Shown here one piece after another: positions 1 through 9,658 of a DNA stretch of 64,000 bases. Each line of letters begins with the position of its first letter. Position 1 is the stretch's first letter. The translations under genes and the position numbers were made by a program. The notes beneath the pieces are model-generated. The model did not search any database and was not told the DNA's origin. It saw only the letters and a program-made list of their open reading frames with translations. The stretch lies in assembly GCA_963737155.1 (NCBI GenBank), contig CAVTRN010000002.1, positions 2,848,001 to 2,912,000 on the forward strand, written 5' to 3'. Source of the DNA: Nitrospirota bacterium (GTDB lineage Bacteria > Nitrospirota > UBA9217).

Positions 1-331
1 CGGTTTCCGGTTCCTCGACTACTGATGACCGGAACGTGGCAACTTCAATAATTTCATCTGGAAAATGTACGTGGGCAAGACGAAAACGCCGTCCGATCAG
101 CCTGCAATTGCGAAAAACCTTTTTGACTTCATTCGGTCTCGCGTCAGTTGCAATATCGAAGTCCTTGGGTTCCCTCCCGAGCAGGAGGTCGCGTACACCC
201 CCTCCTACGAGATAGGCATGATAGCCCTGCTCTCTGAGGCGATAGAGAACACGAACTGCGTTGTTACTGATCCACTTGCGGGAAATACTGTGTTCAGAAC
301 GGGGGATAATCGTAGGTAATTTCGGACTCAC
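1..331 (-). CDS. pcnB: Poly(A) polymerase I, N-terminal part (runs off window edge)
   Basis: Not in ORF track. Manual minus-strand translation from GTG at 331: [22 protein letters not shown]...[24 protein letters not shown]...[29 protein letters not shown]. Contains the GGxVRD/DxD nucleotidyltransferase motif and the PAP-specific [11 protein letters not shown] signature. Confidence 0.93.
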   Translation of the reverse strand, partial: MSPKLPTIIPRSEHSISRKWISNNAVRVLYRLREQGYHAYLVGGGVRDLLLGREPKDFDIATDARPNEVKKVFRNCRLIGRRFRLAHVHFPDEIIEVATFRSSVVEEPET

Positions 332-526
332 AGGAACGTATATTAGCACAACAGGATGGGTAACGTAAAGGGGGAAGTGGAATGGAAGGACAGAAATTTG
401 AGGCCGGATAACCCAGTTGCCCACAGATTTATGCGAGGTGTTGTATGTCAATGCAATTTTTAAAGCAACCCCATCTGAAGGTCCGTTCCCTATTGCTTCC
501 TTGCCCTGTTTGGAATGGATGTTTTG

Positions 527-1040
527 TCAACGAGACTTTCGGGCATTGCCCCAAGATAGGGAGACGACATCAAGCAAACCGCTGGCCGTATAGAACCGGC
601 ACCGCGCAAGGGTAAGAAAGAGTTCGTTTTTCGCGCGCGTCATACCCGAATAGAAGAACCGCCGTTCCTCCTCCTTATCCATACCTTCCTTTATAATCGT
701 ACAAGGCAAAAGATCTCCATCGCAACCTGTTAAGAATTCGACAGGAAGCTCCAGTCCTTTTGCCATGCGCATTGTCATAAGCGTTACCAGGTCCGCTCGG
801 GGATCGAAAAAATCCTCCGTGCTGAGAAGCTTTGCTTCCCGCCTAGTAACTTCAGGTGTTCCTCCGGCCTCATTGGCATGAACAAGCGACTGAAGATAGG
901 CAGCGGTCCTCTATTTCCACGATCTTCATTTCGTTCCTGCGTCCCAACACCTGATAAGGAATACCCGATGCTAAAAAGGCCTCCTCCAGAACCTTTGCCT
1001 GGGCATTGGTCCGATAAAAAGCAACATCGAACACTAAAGA
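527..1040 (-). pseudogene. Decayed C-terminal part of a UvrD/PcrA/Rep helicase
   Basis: Frameshifted pieces read FYRTNAQAKVLEEAFLASGIPYQV, DPRADLVTLMTMRMAKGLELPV (motif V-like) and EEERRFFYSGMTRAKNELFL (motif VI). No N-terminal Walker A part. Confidence 0.85.
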
Positions 1041-1082
1041 CACAATAAATTTTTTGCTATAGTTGTCTCCGCAGACATCTAT

Positions 1083-2354
1083 TTATAGGAGCTTCATCTG
1101 TCCTTTGATCACTTTCCGCTCCATCTCCTCGAAGATCCTAATCTTGCCGAACTCTCCGTCGTATCCCGGAGCAATGTGCACTTCACCCGCACGCATGCGC
1201 GAGACGGCTTCTCGGATAAGAGGAGTGCTTGCACGTTCAATGTCATCGAGTGGGGAGTCAAGCAGAATGGTGAATTCGTTGCCGAGTTTTTCGAGGAGGG
1301 GGAAATACAGGGACTCCACTTTTTTCGTGTTCACCCCGCATTTCAGTCCCTCCGCAATAATCTCAGGCAGCGGAATGATCGACGTAAAAGATGGCGCGCC
1401 CTTAGGCCTGAATCCGCAGTCACGGTCCGCTAGTTTCTCAACCCGGTGCATCACGCCCACGGTTACCTTTCTGTTGCACACAGGGCAAAGATAGCCATGT
1501 TGGATTGTTTCCTTCGGCGTGAGGCTTACCCCGCAGTTGCGGTGGCCGTCATAGTGATACTTCCCTTCTTCAGGAAAAAATTCTACGGTGCCCAAAAACC
1601 CTTTGCGCGTTTTGATCGCTTCGATGATTGAGGGGTACGAGATATCTGTATCGAGAATGTTTGCTTCGCGCCCGATTTTTGCGGCGGAATGGGCGTCGGA
1701 ATTCGAAACCAGCGTGAGTCTATCGAGAGCAGAAAGCCGCCAATTCATAAGCGGATCGGACGATAGACCAGTCTCGATAGCATGGATGTGCGGAGTCAGT
1801 TCTTGAAAACATTCTTCCAAGGCATCGAAACCCGACGCAGCGCCGAAAACAGAGAAATGCGGTGTCCAGACGTGGGCAGGGATGAGCATGGCCTCCGGCG
1901 AGGCGTCGAGAGTGATCTTCAGAAGCTCTTTTGCATCGAGTCCAAGGATCGGCCTTCCATCAGCATTTAGGTTCCCCCTCCTTGAAAGCGCAAGATTGAG
2001 CCGCGCGACGTCTGCAAAATTGGGCGCAAGAATGACACAATGTATCTTGCGCGTTCTTCCATCCTTGCTGTAAATGCAGCTGATCTCCGACGAGAGGATG
2101 AGCCGGACATCGGCCTTGCAGGATGAAGGCACATCTTCTGTCTGATGCTCCTTCCTAAGAGCGAATAAACCGTCTCCGCCGGGTTCGAGTTTTTCGTCAA
2201 GTTCCTTCAGCCACTTTGGATGAGTGAAGTCACCGGTGCCGATCACCCTGACACCCTTGAACTGCGCCCATTTCCATAAGCCTTCAGGACACATGTCTTT
2301 GCTTGTTGCGCGAGAGTAGTGGGAGTGAACGTGAAAGTCAGAGATGAATTTCAT
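1083..2354 (-). CDS. Endonuclease Q-family PHP-domain nuclease (TIGR00375-like)
   Basis: DFHVHSHYS, GTGDFTHP, HVWTPHFS, SNSDAHS, GKYHYDGHRNC..CPVC zinc site, GYDGEFG. Confidence 0.9.
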   Translation of the reverse strand: MKFISDFHVHSHYSRATSKDMCPEGLWKWAQFKGVRVIGTGDFTHPKWLKELDEKLEPGGDGLFALRKEHQTEDVPSSCKADVRLILSSEISCIYSKDGRTRKIHCVILAPNFADVARLNLALSRRGNLNADGRPILGLDAKELLKITLDASPEAMLIPAHVWTPHFSVFGAASGFDALEECFQELTPHIHAIETGLSSDPLMNWRLSALDRLTLVSNSDAHSAAKIGREANILDTDISYPSIIEAIKTRKGFLGTVEFFPEEGKYHYDGHRNCGVSLTPKETIQHGYLCPVCNRKVTVGVMHRVEKLADRDCGFRPKGAPSFTSIIPLPEIIAEGLKCGVNTKKVESLYFPLLEKLGNEFTILLDSPLDDIERASTPLIREAVSRMRAGEVHIAPGYDGEFGKIRIFEEMERKVIKGQMKLL

Positions 2355-2411
2355 GAAAGGATTATAGCATCATATTAAGAGCAGAGAAACAAGATTTTAA
2401 AAACGAGTTTG

Positions 2412-2600
2412 CTAGCATTTCCTACAGGTTTTGATGCCGAGCAGGGCATAGGACAGCACCATCCGACGATCCCCGTAACAAGCGGAATGATCCCGAGATA
2501 GGCCCAGGGGGGCTTCAGCCCCACAACGGCGCAAGTAAGTAATGAATAGACCAACTACAACCCGGACCGTCCTTTCCCATGAACCAATATTTTTCTTCAT
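2412..2600 (-). pseudogene. YgaP/DUF2892 small membrane protein with an internally frame-shifted segment
   Basis: MKKNIGSWERTVRVVVG start and YALLGIKTC end are in frame. The conserved middle (PWAYLGIIPLVTGIVGWC) is readable only in another frame. Confidence 0.75.
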
Positions 2601-2880
2601 AATACCATCCTCCCTTAATGTTTTGAAATTGCCGGCGTATAATTGATTACCGGCCATGAATGTATGCAATAAATTGGAGGAAGGGATATCTCAATCTGGC
2701 TGATTTATCTGGTGGCCTCCGCTCCCGCTCGCAATAAGCACAGCGTTACTTTGAATATATAAGAAAAAGGTTTAACGAACCAGTTTCTATGAATACCGCA
2801 TTATTGCCGAAATGGCGGCTAATGACCGTATAACGTGGTACATTTATATAAGGAAACTCAACAACGAAAGGGGTCAAACA

Positions 2881-3429
2881 ATGAAGAAGATAGTAATGGG
2901 TTCTGTTCTCTTAGGATTTATGTTCGTCACTTACGCTTATGCAGAAGATTTTACGCTGAAAAGTGACCAGATAGGTGGTCAGCTTACCATGGATCAGGTA
3001 TTCTCGGGATTCGGTTGCACGGGGAAGAACATCTCACCTTCCCTTAAATGGGTAGACGCCCCTAAGAATACGAAAAGTTTCGCGCTCACGGTATATGATC
3101 CCGATGCGCCAACCGGGAGCGGATGGTGGCATTGGGTTATCTTCAACATCCCCGCAGATGCAACTGAACTCAAAACAGATGCGGGAAATCTGAAGAAAAA
3201 CATAGCCCCCAAGGGCAGTATCCAGAGCATGACAGACTTTGGAAAACCAGGCTTCAGCGGCCCCTGCCCGCCTGTGGGCGACAAGCCGCACCGGTATATT
3301 TTCACACTTTACGCCCTTGATGTCCCGAAGCTTGACCTTGACGAGAAGGCAGTTGCACCGCTTGTAGGTTATATGCTCAACCAGCATGTGATCGCGAAAG
3401 CGTCGATTATCTCCTATTACGGCCGGTAA
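2881..3429 (+). CDS. YbhB/YbcL (PEBP/Raf kinase inhibitor-like) periplasmic protein
   Basis: Signal peptide; NISPSLKW, DPDAPTGSGWWHW, GPCPPVGDKPHRY motifs. Confidence 0.93.
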   Translation: MKKIVMGSVLLGFMFVTYAYAEDFTLKSDQIGGQLTMDQVFSGFGCTGKNISPSLKWVDAPKNTKSFALTVYDPDAPTGSGWWHWVIFNIPADATELKTDAGNLKKNIAPKGSIQSMTDFGKPGFSGPCPPVGDKPHRYIFTLYALDVPKLDLDEKAVAPLVGYMLNQHVIAKASIISYYGR

Positions 3430-3554
3430 TGCAAGCTTCACGATGCTTAGAAGCATAACCATTGTACTACCTGCAAACTGCAAAAAATACAGGAGAAGAG
3501 ATGAACTAGGCTAGGGGGGCCAACTATACGAAGATATCGAAGGTATCGAAAAAA

Positions 3555-3588
3555 TGGCTTTCCACTTTATTGGAGGGGCCACTTTTTT
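3555..3588 (+). terminator. Probable intrinsic terminator after the YbhB/YbcL gene
   Basis: TGGCTTTCCA-loop-TGGAGGGGCCA stem (G-U pairs) followed by CTTTTTT. Confidence 0.55.
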
Positions 3589-3600
3589 GAAGGCGAACCA

Positions 3601-3735
3601 ATGAACCTCTCGCAGCAAGCCGCGGGGAATTTATAAAGAGGAAAGCTATAATCATTTGAGCAACCCACGGTTGTTCATACTCTGCCATCTATAAGTTATC
3701 CTTGCAGCAAAGCCACAGGAAATTGTAAGTAAATA
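3601..3735 (+). repeat. Hairpin-bounded ~135-bp miniature element, copy 1 (degenerate)
   Basis: ATGAACCTCTCGCAGCAAGCCGCGGGG ... CCTTGCAGCAAAGCCACAGGAAATTGTAAGT; colinear with 22632-22765. Confidence 0.75.
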
Positions 3736-3968
3736 AAGTACCTAAAATGGGTGTTCATTGTATTATTCATCTTCATTTGTATAAAATCTTAAAGTTAGAG
3801 AGAATGCAATATGTCAGGCCAATCGCTTTCGATTATGGCGAGGACATAAAAATAAGAGGTCATATCCTGTGGCTACACGCACCTCTTGGTGTTGGAACCT
3901 GACAGCCGACCTCAGAGTACTTCATATGTTATTTCCCCCGCGTGGATTTGAGTCAATTAGTCTCCGTA

Positions 3969-5141
3969 TCATAGCATACAACAAAGGTCAGAAGATTCTA
4001 TACTTTGTAGCAGTTTGAATTGCACCCGTGCGCGGTGAAGATTATGGGACGGATAATCGATTTTAAAATAGGTATCGCCCCGAAGATAATCGGCAAGGAA
4101 TCTAATACCCAGTTCGAAGGTAATCACTTCAACGGATTTCGGCAGCAACTCAAGTTCCTTTTCCGTAAGGAATGCGCCCGCTTCGCGAATATAGCCGCGC
4201 CTCACCGAGTCGTACAAAGAGAGATCGAAACGGACCGACTCAAAATCCGGGGCATCCTCGCCCAGTGGGTTTGCCGTTGACCGGACGCAGTCACCAAAAT
4301 CGAAGTGCACAATGCCGGATTTTACCGTGTCCAAGTCGAGCATACACAGGGCCTTGCCCGTTGCGGCGTGGATCATGACATTATTCACCTTCGGATCGTT
4401 GTGGACCACCCGTAGCGGAAGCACTTTGGCTGCGATAAGATCCGTCAATACGGTCGCGAGAGATCTTCTGGCATACACGAACTCCTGTTCAATCGTAACC
4501 TGGTGAGCGCGTTTTTTCACGTCCGATGCCAGCGCTTCATCATAATCAGAGAGATATTTCGACGTAATGTGAAACCCTGGTAGCGTGTCATGCAGTTTTG
4601 CCGGCAACAGGTCGGACAGGATCGCCTGAAACGAGCCAAGAGCGCGGCCAATCTCGTAAGCATGGTCCGCGCTCTTGGTGCGGTCGAATACTTCGCCCAC
4701 TTCAATAAAATGAAACATCCGCCAGTACTCGCCGAAATTGTCAATTAGGTAGGAGGTGCCTTTTTTCGTGGGGACAAGTACTGGTGTGACACTCGATGGG
4801 TCATGGATACCCTTTGCACTGAGCCGATCCGCTATGTGCGAGGTCACAACCTCCACGTTTTCCATTACCTGTTCTGGATGTTTGAACACTGCGGTGTTCA
4901 TACGCTGTAGGATGTATTTGAGCGTCGTTCTTCCTTCCAACATCCTACAGAGGTAAGTAGTGTTGATCAGGCCGGAGCCGAAGCGTTCAGCCCTGATGAG
5001 CGTCCCGGGAACGGTGAATTGCGAGATAATGGATTCAAGCATGTTTTCGTATTTGACAGGACCGGCGGCTGCAGATTTCTGTCGTGTTTTTTTTGCTGTT
5101 TTATTCCTACGAACTGAAGTTTGCATCTTACTCATTTTCAC
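3969..5141 (-). CDS. Aminoglycoside-phosphotransferase-fold sugar kinase (N-acetylhexosamine 1-kinase-like)
   Basis: GSGLINTTY, YILQRMN, HNDPKVNNVM (Brenner motif), LDLDTV, DFGDCVRS, RFLADYLRGDTYFK. Confidence 0.85.
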   Translation of the reverse strand: MKMSKMQTSVRRNKTAKKTRQKSAAAGPVKYENMLESIISQFTVPGTLIRAERFGSGLINTTYLCRMLEGRTTLKYILQRMNTAVFKHPEQVMENVEVVTSHIADRLSAKGIHDPSSVTPVLVPTKKGTSYLIDNFGEYWRMFHFIEVGEVFDRTKSADHAYEIGRALGSFQAILSDLLPAKLHDTLPGFHITSKYLSDYDEALASDVKKRAHQVTIEQEFVYARRSLATVLTDLIAAKVLPLRVVHNDPKVNNVMIHAATGKALCMLDLDTVKSGIVHFDFGDCVRSTANPLGEDAPDFESVRFDLSLYDSVRRGYIREAGAFLTEKELELLPKSVEVITFELGIRFLADYLRGDTYFKIDYPSHNLHRARVQFKLLQSIESSDLCCML

Positions 5142-5553
5142 TGCCTCCCTATGATCAAGGACACTGGGAATTCATGTATCTCCTTCCCGTCTACCGCCCG
5201 CTGGGCAATCGTTGCCATGGCATCACAAATATCCTTGGAACCTGCGTCAGGCAGAAGGTACTTCAAATTATCGCAGTCGAAACTGGGATGAAATACGCCA
5301 TTGCCTCCGAAAACCGGATTATCCTCTGCTGGGAGGTCGCGAAGTCCAGCCGACCTCCCAGTGAGAGCAAGTCCTCAGCATGGGCGTCATCAATGCAGCC
5401 AACTGCACGAATTATACCATGCTTCACTGCAATAAAATATTATTTGTATCAGGGTGAAACTAAACTTCAAGAGTGTTATAATATTTTATAATTCGGACTG
5501 ATTGTCCATAATACTTTTCAAACAGGCCAGGAAACGGGGGTAAGCTCAATACC

Positions 5554-6186
5554 ATGATTTTTCAGGACCGCAGGCAAGGAGGAGAAAAACTTGCCCGGGA
5601 GTTGCAAGCCTTGGGGCTAAAGAATACCGTTGTCCTCGCAATCCCTCGAGATGGTGTTGCAGTTGGCGGAGCGGTGGCAAAAGGCATCGACTGCCCATTT
5701 GACGTTATTCCCCTGATGAAAATTCCTATCCCCTGGAACCTCGAAGCAAGTTATGGTGTCGTGGCCATGGACAAGACTATGGTGTGGAATAGACCGCTCA
5801 TGAACCGTCTTGAACTGTCCGAGCGGGAGCTCGAACTGGCCGCCGCCGCCGCCGTCGCGGAAGCCAAAAGGAGGGAGCAACTCTACCGGCGGGGAAAGCC
5901 TTTCCCAAAGCTGGATAATAGGGTTGTTATCCTGGTTGATGACGCGCTTGCCTCAGGTTACAGCATGCTGGCGGCAGTCAATTTTGCGAAGAAACGGCGT
6001 CCTCGCTCCATCATCATTGCATCACCGGTCGCTTCCGACATAGCCTACCGTATGCTCGCAGCGGAAGAAGGCATCGATAGGATTATAGCACTTGTCCAGG
6101 ATCCTGAACAGTTCTTTTCGCTTGAATCCTACTATCAAGAATACAAATTCCTCACCGACGATGACGTAATACGAGAACTCAGTTGA
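5554..6186 (+). CDS. Phosphoribosyltransferase-family protein
   Basis: FQDRRQGG, LAIPRDGV and PRPP loop VILVDDALASGYSM. Confidence 0.85.
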   Translation: MIFQDRRQGGEKLARELQALGLKNTVVLAIPRDGVAVGGAVAKGIDCPFDVIPLMKIPIPWNLEASYGVVAMDKTMVWNRPLMNRLELSERELELAAAAAVAEAKRREQLYRRGKPFPKLDNRVVILVDDALASGYSMLAAVNFAKKRRPRSIIIASPVASDIAYRMLAAEEGIDRIIALVQDPEQFFSLESYYQEYKFLTDDDVIRELS

Positions 6187-7118
6187 TTACTTAAATAATT
6201 CCATTCCCCAGAAAATCCTTTCCACTAATAACTTCTTTTTCTTGCCCTGACGACACATAATTTTTTTGACAAAATAAGCGAGCAGGCATTAATGCTCTCT
6301 GAAGTGATTATTCATGCGTTTCATACTGTCGAACCATTATCAGATCTCCTGCTTTTTCCAAAAACGGCAGTTCATAAATTTTTTTCTCAACTCATGGAGT
6401 GAGTTTTTACCAAAATTATTCTTATTATCATATGTCACCTCCCGTCTCTAAGGAATGTCTGCTCTTTGAATTCAAGACTGCATCTTATACTGTACGCTTC
6501 GGGAGTTACAACGGATCATTGCCACTATCGCATCTCCTTTCGTCCCCAAAGATTGGCTGACGACTGAGATCATTCAGACCAGCCTTGATCGATGCAGACT
6601 AAAAACCGCTGCAGTCTGAGCAAGGATGACTCTTGTCGCCCGTCTCATCAGGCATTGGACGGCCAGCAAGATTCGGTGCCACCTTTTTTATACAGGTGGC
6701 GATAACATATTCGCCCGTATGGAACTTCGGCTCAACGCTGCAGCATAAAGAGAACAGGTGAAGATGTGATGTGGAGGATATGAGTGGTCTTCACGGCGCG
6801 GATGATGAGGGAAAGCGAACGTCGCTTGGAGAATGATCGACAAGTTAGAGACTTTAATTTCTCTTGCCCCTTTCGCCCAAGTATAGTATCCTCACCAAAT
6901 CAGATAAACATCCTTGGTTGCAGCGGTGCATCATGATGCGTAAATCCCGAGAGAACGACATTTCTAAGTTTTATCTTCTCTCCGAAAAATCTCCCATAAA
7001 TTGGTAAGCTCGAATGACCTAACTTCTTCCTCAAGTTCTACCTATAGTTGGTGCAAGGGGGCCGGCATATTTCAGCTTTACCTACTGATAGCATTGATGA
7101 TATGAGAAGATAACCGAT

Positions 7119-7349
7119 ATGGATATAGACAGAGTCATCTCAGGCATTGTTTCATTAATCGTCAGTATTGGTCTTTTTAAGTATGGAAATAGTATTTTAC
7201 AATATATTGCCGACCTCCAGAAGCAATACCATCAAGAGAACCTAAGTCAAGATCAAATTTTAACTGTGAGAATATTCGTAGCTGTATTTCGTATTTCGGC
7301 GCTGGTTGGAGGCATAATATTGCTTTATCAGGGCATATTGAGCAAATAA
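7119..7349 (+). CDS. Small hypothetical membrane protein (two hydrophobic helices)
   Basis: 76-aa AT-rich ORF with two hydrophobic segments; family not recognised. Confidence 0.5.
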   Translation: MDIDRVISGIVSLIVSIGLFKYGNSILQYIADLQKQYHQENLSQDQILTVRIFVAVFRISALVGGIILLYQGILSK

Positions 7350-7950
7350 CTGTCAATAATAGTTAATTATTTGACCTAATTACTGCTTAGGCGGTTCCGC
7401 ACCAAACTAATGCGAGCAAGAGGACAAGAATAAATACATCAGTAACGGTCGTCACAAATTCTAGGCAAAACAAGAATACGAGATAGCTTTTTCTCTTGAC
7501 CGGTTACCTTTCAATAGGTGTGCACGGCGAACCCGGTGAAATTGATTGGTAATCCGCCCCGCCCGATTATACAGTTATCAGAATCTTTACTACCCATGCC
7601 GTGAACTATTATGTGCTGGCTAACAACCACAGGATTTGAACAATACTTCTGGCCGGCATGGAACCGAAGATTTTCTGGTCCGCCACAAAGCGAAAAAAGT
7701 AAATGGATGGAGCGTTTCACCATGACCTTAATCCTGATTGGGTGACTGGTGCAGTGCAGACTGACCCAAAGCTGCATAAAATTGCAGCAATCGTGCGAAT
7801 GGCGGACATGTCAATTATTTCAATGGGTTTTAATAATATGCACGAATGAATTCAGGTAATAAATGTTGAGTTGCTAAGAATGGAACCTTCGTGAGACGCA
7901 GGAATTAAATGTGTGTTTTTTGAGCAACGTGAAATCGCTGTGTGCCCGAA

Positions 7951-8343
7951 TTATGATACAAGCAAAGCACTACCGGCCGCTGACCGTTGGAGTGCTGACA
8001 TCACAATATGGTACAGTTCTTTTTCCTTAAACGGCTTATGGAGATATTCGAATGCCCCGAGGCTAAGAGATTTTAAATAGATTTCTACAGAACTATGTCC
8101 AGTAAGCATGATTACTGGTATTGATGGTAAGGTCTTCCTGAGTACCATGAGAAATTCAACACCGTTCATTTCCGGCATCCGGTAATCTGTTATAATAAGG
8201 TCAATGTCGGTTCCATCCCGGATAACGGAGAGGGCGGACTCCGCATCGAGTCTTGGAATAACCTTATACCCAAACGTTTTCAATGTTTCTCCCACAATCT
8301 CTAACACGTCAGGTTCATCATCTACTAAAAGAATTGTCTTCAT
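7951..8343 (-). CDS. Single-domain response regulator (receiver)
   Basis: ILLVDDE, IITDYRMPEMNG (phospho-Asp), LTGH, YLHKPF; RBS GAGGAGG. Confidence 0.92.
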   Translation of the reverse strand: MKTILLVDDEPDVLEIVGETLKTFGYKVIPRLDAESALSVIRDGTDIDLIITDYRMPEMNGVEFLMVLRKTLPSIPVIMLTGHSSVEIYLKSLSLGAFEYLHKPFKEKELYHIVMSALQRSAAGSALLVS

Positions 8344-8371
8344 ATTCCTCCTCTCAGTGAAAGCTTATTTC

Positions 8372-8414
8372 AAAAAAAAAGCCCACCTTCAGTTTAATTT
8401 AACCGAAATAGAGC
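8372..8414 (-). terminator. Terminator-like hairpin plus U9, ~30 nt upstream of the response-regulator start
   Basis: Minus strand GCTCTATTTCGGTT-loop-AACTGAAGGTGGGC then TTTTTTTTT. Confidence 0.55.
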
Positions 8415-8944
8415 CTTTAATTTTAACATTCCCTGATATCTGACTCACCGCTTTCCTTTCATAAGTAAAGCGTAATGTAAAGACAATCAGGATATGATTT
8501 ACGTTGAAACGAAAGTTCCTATATCTAGGTAATAGACATGCCTTTCATTCTTTCCAGGATAATATTAGTCATGAGAGTTTGTAAATCTCTATCATTAACA
8601 CGACTGCAAAAATGCTAAACTAAGCAAAAACCGTGGAGAACCAACAAATGAAGAAACGCTTTATTTACAACATGATTGACTCTTCATATCATAATAATTA
8701 ATTAAATGCAACAATAAAATTCAACTTTTGCTATATTGTTATTTCAGGGGATGGTCGCAAATTTCGGGATGCAGTCGATAGTGAACAACAAGAACACAAA
8801 AAAAACTCAGAGGCAGAACGGCATATATTCGCGGCTCGCGTGTTATAGGCAGACTTCATCTTCACATCATCGATTGTTCTCCTTAGGTTATTATCTTGTG
8901 GCAACTTATACGGCATTCTCTTTTTTATTTCTCTTTGCTAGGTG

Positions 8945-9519
8945 AGAAAAAACGCCGCACTCACCCGGACTAGCGGAGAAGAGCGCATGGCTAAAGCGGG
9001 TGATTTCCTCTCGATAACCACCCCAGTGACCATCCTTCTGAAAACCCGACAAACCATCGTCACCAGCGGCGACGATGACTAGCGAATTCGCCTTAAGCCT
9101 CGGCTCGCTGCTGTACCAATCACGAAAGGCCGAGAAGTCGACTTTGAACTGAGTCACGCCCGTCCCCAGCGCTTCGCGCTCATTGTTGACCTTTGAGCCA
9201 AAGGCCTTGCCGAGCGCAATGAGCTGATCACGAAGACATGAATCGTTGTCGTTGCAGTACTTCCATGTAAGCCGAGCAAGCGCATTATGGAGCTTCTGTG
9301 GGTGCTCCGGATCTTCCAGCGAAATTAGCAGATGGATGTTGAGTGCCATCGTCTTGTCCGTCGGCGGCGCAATCCGAACTCGACATTCGGAATGAGCAGA
9401 TCGACATGGGGCAATTTGCCCAGCGCTTGATACTGTTTGAGTCTTATATAGGTGCTGAATAGGAAGCAATTAGAAATGCCGATAACCCGCACTTCATTCT
9501 GCGCGTACCTGCTAACCAA
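8945..9519 (-). pseudogene. Internal fragment of a TrlF/Ppl-type PHP-domain AAA ATPase (anti-phage)
   Basis: Three joined frames give EVRVIGISN..TYIRLKQYQALGKLPHVDLLIPNVEF-RIAPPTDKTMALNIHLLIS...QLIALGKAF...GVTQFKVDF...NSLVIVAAGDDGLSG, recognised from memory as the TrlF/Ppl N-terminal region. Both ends missing. Confidence 0.7.
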
Positions 9520-9658
9520 TCCTGATAAATTTATAAGTAAACTTTTTAAGTCTCACCCATAGATGTATTTTGTTTAATATCGAGGCAAATATAGCAGCTT
9601 CTCGATGTAGATTTAATCTCAAAAGAAACGTTTTGGATATTTTGACCAGACGGGCTTG

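Noticed and set aside
65-319. 84-aa plus-strand ORF in the track
   Set aside because: Antisense shadow of pcnB.
3804-3905. 32-codon ORF and stems TGTCAGG/CCTGACA, AAGAGGT/ACCTCTT; considered 6S RNA or sRNA
   Set aside because: No long rod with a central bubble and no recognisable family; evidence too weak.
5140-5430. Coding-like minus-strand stretch upstream of the sugar kinase
   Set aside because: No start codon in the open frame and no family recognised.
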